From the IMG/VR virus record IMGVR_UViG_2554235223_000001: a DNA stretch of 64,000 nucleotides; one strand, given 5' to 3'. The DNA comes from an uncultured virus (IMG/VR IMGVR_UViG_2554235223_000001) (lineage: Duplodnaviria; Heunggongvirae; Uroviricota; Caudoviricetes). The translations under genes were made by a program, and so were the position numbers. Under the pieces are notes generated by a model that ran no database searches, was not told where the DNA came from, and worked only from the letters and a program-made list of their open reading frames with translations. This document shows, piece after piece, positions 58,550 through 64,000 of this stretch (the stretch's first letter is position 1; each line of letters opens with the position of its first letter).

Positions 58550-59202
58550 AAGAACGCGGAATGATTTTTAACGGGGAGATGGTGCGGGCGCTGCTGAGTG
58601 GCCGGAAGACGCAGACGCGCAGGATTATAAAGGACTGCACGGTCGGAAGAGACCAAATTTCAAAATTCATTCAGATCGAGAAGAAGTTTATCGGCTGCTA
58701 CCCGGAAGATGTACCTGAACTGATCAGGGAATGCTGCCCATACGGAATACCAGGCGATCGCATCTGGGTGCGGGAGGCCTTTCGGGTGCATAGCCGGGCT
58801 ACAGACGTCGCCACCCTGGTATACAAAGCCAGCGAGCGAAATTCATGGACTGAGCAAACCCACCGTGTACCCGTAGCTGTCTGCAATAAGCCGGCAACGC
58901 CTGAGAAATGGACTCCTTCGCTGCACATGCCACGCTGGGCCAGCCGCATTCTGCTGGAAATCACCGACGTGCGGGTTGAGCGGCTAAACGCTATCAACGA
59001 GCATGATGCTCAGGCAGAAGGTGTGGCGAAGCTACGAGGGGGCTTCTGGAAGCACTATCAGCCAGGCTGGACTCAACATCAACTGAGCGCCCGCGGCTCA
59101 TTCGTAACCCTTTGGAAATCAATCTACGGCGACGAATCATGGAATTCCAATCCATGGGTTTGGGTTATTAAGTTCAAACGAATTGAGGAGCTGACAGCAT
59201 GA
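58546..59202 (+). CDS. ASCH/PUA-like phage protein
   Basis: GRKTQTRR, GDRIWVRE, HMPRWASRI and NPWVWVI motifs. Confidence 0.7.
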   Translation: MKERGMIFNGEMVRALLSGRKTQTRRIIKDCTVGRDQISKFIQIEKKFIGCYPEDVPELIRECCPYGIPGDRIWVREAFRVHSRATDVATLVYKASERNSWTEQTHRVPVAVCNKPATPEKWTPSLHMPRWASRILLEITDVRVERLNAINEHDAQAEGVAKLRGGFWKHYQPGWTQHQLSARGSFVTLWKSIYGDESWNSNPWVWVIKFKRIEELTA

Positions 59203-59507
59203 GTCTTAAACATCGATTACCTGAGCTGGAAGCCAGCATCGACCCGGCAGCATTGCGTGCAGCCGCCGACGAATATTCGGATCTGCTTCTGACTTTGTGC
59301 TTATGCATGAAGATGGCCGGCCCCACCCGGGCGAACGTGTGCGCCTGCGCCAGCGAGCTTAAAAAACGCCTGACAACCTGGCACAGCCATAAAGAGCTCA
59401 ATGCAATTCTGTCCAGTTGGGATCCCGTTGGCTATGTTCTCGGCCTCCGCCGTGAAGCGAACGACAACGCGCGCGCAGCTGGCGATCCGGTTGATGTCTT
59501 TGTGTGA
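59199..59507 (+). CDS. Hypothetical phage protein
   Basis: Coupled ORF. Confidence 0.6.
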   Translation: MSLKHRLPELEASIDPAALRAAADEYSDLLLTLCLCMKMAGPTRANVCACASELKKRLTTWHSHKELNAILSSWDPVGYVLGLRREANDNARAAGDPVDVFV

Positions 59508-59514
59508 GGTGAAT

Positions 59515-59754
59515 ATGCGACTGATTAACCGAAGCAAACAATCACCGCTGGGCCGCCAGGCGTGCGATGCGGCACTGGCAAAACACGTTGAGCTTTATGG
59601 AGCCTACGGGCGACAGAAAACGAAAAGAACTTATACGGTGGTGGTTCAAGGCTCAAAGATCACTGTAGAAGTTGTTAACAGAAAAAGTAGCTATGTGGCC
59701 ACAGCCATGAGCTGCGCGCGCCGGCTACACCATCTGCCTGGACAATGTAACTAA
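59515..59754 (+). CDS. Hypothetical phage protein (DUF4060-like)
   Basis: Start MRLINRSKQSPLGRQAC after GAGG. Confidence 0.55.
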   Translation: MRLINRSKQSPLGRQACDAALAKHVELYGAYGRQKTKRTYTVVVQGSKITVEVVNRKSSYVATAMSCARRLHHLPGQCN

Positions 59755-59763
59755 GGGGTTTCT

Positions 59764-60078
59764 ATGACTAATACATCTCATAAATCAGATGAAATTTTGA
59801 TAACCGATGACGTTCTGTCCAGATACAAAATATCGCGCAGCACACTCTATTTCTGGAGCACCCCATCCCGGATGCCCTCTTACTTTGCTCAACCATTCCC
59901 GCAGCCTAAAATAAATGGCAGCCCTAAAAGGTGGAGACTTTCAGACTTGTTGGCCTGGGAAGATAACGTGGGGATTAAACCAGAGGCTGACCAACCAGCT
60001 TCTCAAGGTGATCCTGCCAAACAGCAAGCCAGTGACGCTGATCATCCAGATAATCATGCAGGTTATAACGTGCCATGA
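59764..60078 (+). CDS. xis: Excisionase (AlpA/HTH type)
   Basis: VLSRYKISRSTLYFW..PFPQP..KRWRLSDLLAWE; next to int. Confidence 0.8.
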   Translation: MTNTSHKSDEILITDDVLSRYKISRSTLYFWSTPSRMPSYFAQPFPQPKINGSPKRWRLSDLLAWEDNVGIKPEADQPASQGDPAKQQASDADHPDNHAGYNVP

Positions 60079-61171
60079 CACCTGCCATATGATGGCCAAG
60101 CAGTTTTTCCACAACATGTGGCGGCGCACCTAATTCAGAAAGGCGTGTCGCCACTGTTCGCCTGAGGTCATGGAGAGACCAGGGTTTCATGCCTGTTTTA
60201 GCTATAATCTGAGCAGAAAACAGAGCGACGTTTGGTTGTAGTGGCGGTCTGTCATCTTCTGGCCCCCTGTAGCGTGACAGTGTCACAACGTGTTTTGAAA
60301 CTGACGTTTCCTTCTCTGCTAACATCATTCTTACTACTGCCTCGGGAAGTGCCCTTCTGACCGATTTCCCGGTTTTATAATCACTTGCCGGAATGGTCCA
60401 CGTTTGCTCATGGAAATCGAACCACTCCCATCTTGCTGTCCTGATCTCTGTACTCCTGCAGCCAGTCATGATGAGAAACTTCATTATCAGCTGTTGTCTG
60501 TACTTCAATTCAGGAAGGATATTCCAAACTGTTTTGATTTCCTCATCACTCAATCTGCGATCTTTAACGGATGCTGTGAGACCTACGTCAGAGCGCCTAA
60601 GGCTCTCAATTGGGTTCACATTAATGACCCCTCGATTGGAGCAAAAACGGAACGTACGCTGCATCAGCCCAAGCATCTGACCAGTGACAACTCTTCGCCC
60701 CATGCCATCAAAAAGGTTAAGCCAGTGCGCTTTAGTGGTCTGATCAACAATCATGTTCCCCAGCACAGGCGCTATATGGTTATTGAAGTCCCGTCGGTTA
60801 ACCTTGATTTTCACAAGACCTTCGGGGATGCAGTAATACTTTTCCCAGTAATCGAAAGCCTCTTTAACGGTGAGCGCTTCGACTTTTTTCTGTTTCTCCA
60901 GAACTGTTTGCCGTCTCGGATCGAGTCCTTCTGTCAACCAGGCCCTGAACTGCTGTCTACGTTCGCGAGCTTGAGATAAGGAGGTGGTGGGATAATCGCC
61001 AATCGTTAGCTGAGCGGCTTTCCCGTTCCATCTGTAGCGGTAAAAGAATGTTATACTGCCGGAAGTAGACAACCGGACATTCAGACCATGGGCGTCCGAT
61101 ATGACCTCGATCTGGTCTCTCTTTTTGCCAAGAGCTTTTCTTAATTTTGTGTCGGTAAGCAATGTGTACAC
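59975..61171 (-). CDS. int: Tyrosine integrase with arm-binding domain
   Basis: TGCRSTE, HDLRRT, LLGH, RYN; start approximate (GTG 61171 or TTG 61162). Confidence 0.93.
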   Translation of the reverse strand: MYTLLTDTKLRKALGKKRDQIEVISDAHGLNVRLSTSGSITFFYRYRWNGKAAQLTIGDYPTTSLSQARERRQQFRAWLTEGLDPRRQTVLEKQKKVEALTVKEAFDYWEKYYCIPEGLVKIKVNRRDFNNHIAPVLGNMIVDQTTKAHWLNLFDGMGRRVVTGQMLGLMQRTFRFCSNRGVINVNPIESLRRSDVGLTASVKDRRLSDEEIKTVWNILPELKYRQQLIMKFLIMTGCRSTEIRTARWEWFDFHEQTWTIPASDYKTGKSVRRALPEAVVRMMLAEKETSVSKHVVTLSRYRGPEDDRPPLQPNVALFSAQIIAKTGMKPWSLHDLRRTVATRLSELGAPPHVVEKLLGHHMAGVMARYNLHDYLDDQRHWLAVWQDHLEKLVGQPLV

Positions 61172-61337
61172 TCCGGAAGATGATATACACATCAGTGTAC
61201 ACATTTTGGTTAAATTGATAACCTTCAAATCAATGCAGAACACACAAAATTAAAGCACTCAATGCTGGCAAGGTGTTGGTATTAGCGGGATTTTTGAAAA
61301 GACTTAAAGCATGACTAACAAACTTAAAACGGATTCA

Positions 61338-61353
61338 TATGCCCTACGATAGC
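61338..61353 (+). repeat. Right att core TATGCCCTACGATAGC
   Basis: Identical to 3504-3519; supplies the sapC ATG. Confidence 0.95.
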
Positions 61354-62229
61354 GTTTATCTGGAAAAGCGTCCGCCCGGCGCGCTGCGCACCGTATGGCG
61401 TAAGTTCTATGGCGACACCACGGCGATGATCGGTCTGTACGGCTGCGCGGGCCTGCTGCTGCTCTGCGTCTTCGGCGGCTGGTTCGCCCCCTATGGCATC
61501 GATCAGCAGTTCCTTGGCTATCAGCTGCTGCCGCCGTCGTGGTCGCGCTATGGCGAAGTCTCCTTCTTTCTGGGAACCGATGACCTCGGCCGCGATGTGC
61601 TGAGCCGGCTGCTGAGCGGCGCGGCGCCAACGGTCGGTGGCGCTTTTGTCGTCACCCTCGGCGCCACGCTGTTTGGCCTAGTGCTGGGCGTGATTGCCGG
61701 GTCGACTCACGGCCTGCGCTCGGCAGTGATGAACCATATCCTGGATACCCTGCTCTCTATTCCCTCGCTGCTGCTGGCGATTATCGTCGTCGCCTTTGCC
61801 GGGCCGCATCTGAGCCATGCGATGTTCGCCGTCTGGCTGGCGCTGCTGCCGCGCATGGTGCGCTCCGTCTACAGCATGGTCCACGATGAGCTGGAGAAAG
61901 AGTACATCATCGCCGCCCGCCTCGATGGCGCCTCGACGCTGAATATTCTGCTGTTCGCCATCCTGCCCAATATCGCCTCCGGCCTGGTGACCGAGATCAC
62001 TCGCGCCCTGTCGATGGCCATTCTGGATATTGCCGCGCTGGGCTTTCTTGATCTCGGCGCCCAGCTGCCTTCGCCGGAATGGGGAGCCATGCTGGGCGAT
62101 GCGCTGGAGCTTATCTATGTGGCGCCGTGGACCGTGATGCTCCCCGGGGCGGCGATTATGCTCAGCGTACTGCTGGTCAACCTGCTGGGCGACGGTATTC
62201 GCCGGGCGATCATTGCCGGGGTAGAATAA
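61339..62229 (+). CDS. sapC: ABC transporter permease SapC
   Basis: Starts [18 protein letters not shown] and SPEWG motifs. Confidence 0.95.
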   Translation: MPYDSVYLEKRPPGALRTVWRKFYGDTTAMIGLYGCAGLLLLCVFGGWFAPYGIDQQFLGYQLLPPSWSRYGEVSFFLGTDDLGRDVLSRLLSGAAPTVGGAFVVTLGATLFGLVLGVIAGSTHGLRSAVMNHILDTLLSIPSLLLAIIVVAFAGPHLSHAMFAVWLALLPRMVRSVYSMVHDELEKEYIIAARLDGASTLNILLFAILPNIASGLVTEITRALSMAILDIAALGFLDLGAQLPSPEWGAMLGDALELIYVAPWTVMLPGAAIMLSVLLVNLLGDGIRRAIIAGVE

Positions 62230-63221
62230 TGCCGTTACTCGATATTCGTCACTTAACCATTGAATTTAAAACCAGCGAAGGCTGGGTAAAAGCCGTCGAT
62301 CGCGTCAGCCTGACGCTGACCGAAGGCGAAATCCGCGGCCTGGTGGGGGAATCCGGCTCCGGGAAAAGCCTTATTGCCAAAGCTATCTGCGGCGTGACCA
62401 AAGACAACTGGCGGGTCACGGCCGACCGCATGCGCTTCGATGACATCGACCTGCTGCGACTGTCGAACCGCGAGCGCCGGAAGCTGATCGGCCATAACGT
62501 GTCGATGATTTTTCAGGAGCCCCAGTCGTGCCTCGATCCCTCTGAGCGCATCGGCCAGCAGCTGATTCAGAGTATCCCCGGCTGGACCTACAAGGGCCGC
62601 TGGTGGCAACGGCTGGGCTGGCGCAAGCGCCGGGCCATCGAGCTGTTGCACCGCGTCGGCATTAAAGATCACAAAGATGCCATGCGCAGCTTCCCCTATC
62701 AGCTGACCGAGGGCGAGTGTCAGAAAGTGATGATCGCCATCGCCCTGGCCAACCAGCCGCGTCTGCTGATTGCCGACGAGCCGACCAACGCCATGGAGCC
62801 GACCACCCAGGCGCAGATTATTCGCCTGCTGACGCGGCTCAACCAGAACAACAACACCACCATCTTGCTGATCAGCCATGACCTGCAAATGCTCAGCAAA
62901 TGGGCGGATAAAATCAACGTCATGTACTGCGGGCAGACGGTGGAGAGCGGGCCCAGCGAAGAGCTGATCACCCTCCCACATCACCCCTACACCCAGGCGT
63001 TAATCCGCGCGATCCCGGATTTCGGTAGCGCCATGCCGCATAAAAGTCGCCTCAACACCCTGCCTGGAGCGATCCCACTACTGGAGCAGTTGCCTATCGG
63101 CTGTCGGCTGGGGCCGCGCTGCCCGTACGCCCAGCGCGAGTGTATCGAAACGCCGCGTCTTACCGGGGCGCGCAACCATCTGTACGCCTGTCATTTCCCG
63201 TTGAACATGGAGAAAGAGTGA
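62229..63221 (+). CDS. sapD: ABC transporter ATPase SapD
   Basis: Start [15 protein letters not shown] and LLIADEPT. Confidence 0.95.
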   Translation: MPLLDIRHLTIEFKTSEGWVKAVDRVSLTLTEGEIRGLVGESGSGKSLIAKAICGVTKDNWRVTADRMRFDDIDLLRLSNRERRKLIGHNVSMIFQEPQSCLDPSERIGQQLIQSIPGWTYKGRWWQRLGWRKRRAIELLHRVGIKDHKDAMRSFPYQLTEGECQKVMIAIALANQPRLLIADEPTNAMEPTTQAQIIRLLTRLNQNNNTTILLISHDLQMLSKWADKINVMYCGQTVESGPSEELITLPHHPYTQALIRAIPDFGSAMPHKSRLNTLPGAIPLLEQLPIGCRLGPRCPYAQRECIETPRLTGARNHLYACHFPLNMEKE

Positions 63222-63222
63222 A

Positions 63223-64000
63223 ATGGTCGAAACATTGCTGGAAGTTCGCCAACTCAGTAAGACCTTTCGCTACCGCACCGGCTGGTTTCACCGTCAGACG
63301 GTTGAGGCGGTTAAGCCACTGAGTTTTACCCTGCGCGAACGGCAGACGCTGGCGATTATCGGCGAGAACGGCTCCGGGAAATCGACCCTCGCGAAGATGC
63401 TGGCGGGCATGGTGGAACCCACCAGCGGCGAACTGCTGATTGACGATCATCCGCTGACTTTTGGGGATTACTCCTACCGCAGCCAGAAGATTCGCATGAT
63501 CTTTCAGGATCCGTCGACCTCGCTAAACCCGCGCCAGCGCATCTCGCAGATCCTCGATTTTCCGCTGCGACTGAATACCGATCTCGACGCCGAGGCGCGG
63601 CAGAAGCAGATAATCGACACCCTGCGCATGGTCGGTCTGCTGCCGGACCACGTCAGCTACTACCCCCATATGCTGGCGCCCGGTCAGAAGCAGCGTCTCG
63701 GCCTCGCCAGGGCGCTGATCCTGCGCCCGAAGGTTATCGTCTGCGATGAGGCGCTGGCCTCGCTGGATATGTCGATGCGCTCCCAGCTTATCAACCTGAT
63801 GCTGGAGCTGCAGGAGAAACAGGGCATCTCTTATATCTATGTCACTCAGCACCTGGGAATGATGAAACACATCAGCGATCAGGTGCTGGTGATGCATAAC
63901 GGCGAAGTGGTCGAGCGCGGCAGCACTGCCGATGTGCTGGCCTCGCCGCTGCACGACCTGACCCGGCGCCTGATCGCCGGCCACTTCGGGGAAGCCCTCA
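63223..64000 (+). CDS. sapF: ABC transporter ATPase SapF, 3'-truncated
   Basis: MVETLLEVRQLSKTF..GENGSGKST; open to window end. Confidence 0.92.
   Translation, partial: MVETLLEVRQLSKTFRYRTGWFHRQTVEAVKPLSFTLRERQTLAIIGENGSGKSTLAKMLAGMVEPTSGELLIDDHPLTFGDYSYRSQKIRMIFQDPSTSLNPRQRISQILDFPLRLNTDLDAEARQKQIIDTLRMVGLLPDHVSYYPHMLAPGQKQRLGLARALILRPKVIVCDEALASLDMSMRSQLINLMLELQEKQGISYIYVTQHLGMMKHISDQVLVMHNGEVVERGSTADVLASPLHDLTRRLIAGHFGEAL

Larger units (their letters stand above)
3504..61353. mobile_element. Lambdoid prophage, ~57.8 kb, integrated at the sapB/sapC overlap
   Basis: 16-bp direct repeat at both ends; integrase, repressor, replication, lysis, head and tail modules all present. Confidence 0.97.

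Overview
Enterobacterial chromosome, probably Klebsiella (judged from the high-GC sap genes and the gene content), carrying an apparently complete ~57.8-kb lambdoid, siphovirus-type prophage (3504-61353). The phage is integrated at the sapB/sapC overlap, with the 16-bp core TATGCCCTACGATAGC duplicated at both ends. Left to right it carries: a SRAP + umuDC cassette; a serine invertase beside an 8.4-kb segment bounded by perfect 27-bp inverted repeats that swaps two whole receptor-binding-protein (RBP) modules; tail, head and packaging genes with two predicted -1 frameshifts; lysis, Q/nin, replication and cro/cI; an accessory immunity slot; Bet/Exo, Dam, Xis and Int. Top observations: (1) downstream of cI, a 63-bp aba-like element and a decayed bstA-like relic precede an AT-rich ~433-aa proteasome-beta/HslV-like Ntn hydrolase (Thr1-Asp17-Lys36 plus a GG motif) and a 35-aa peptide, a candidate undescribed defence system that IS10 interrupts here; (2) a whole-gene RBP inversion switch between two putative polysaccharide-lyase-like modules; (3) two divergent copies of a multibranched kissing-loop RNA in the late operon; (4) a 116-bp IS1-like MITE; (5) two extra relics of the invertase 3' end. 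Family names come from motif recognition and memory; no searches were run.
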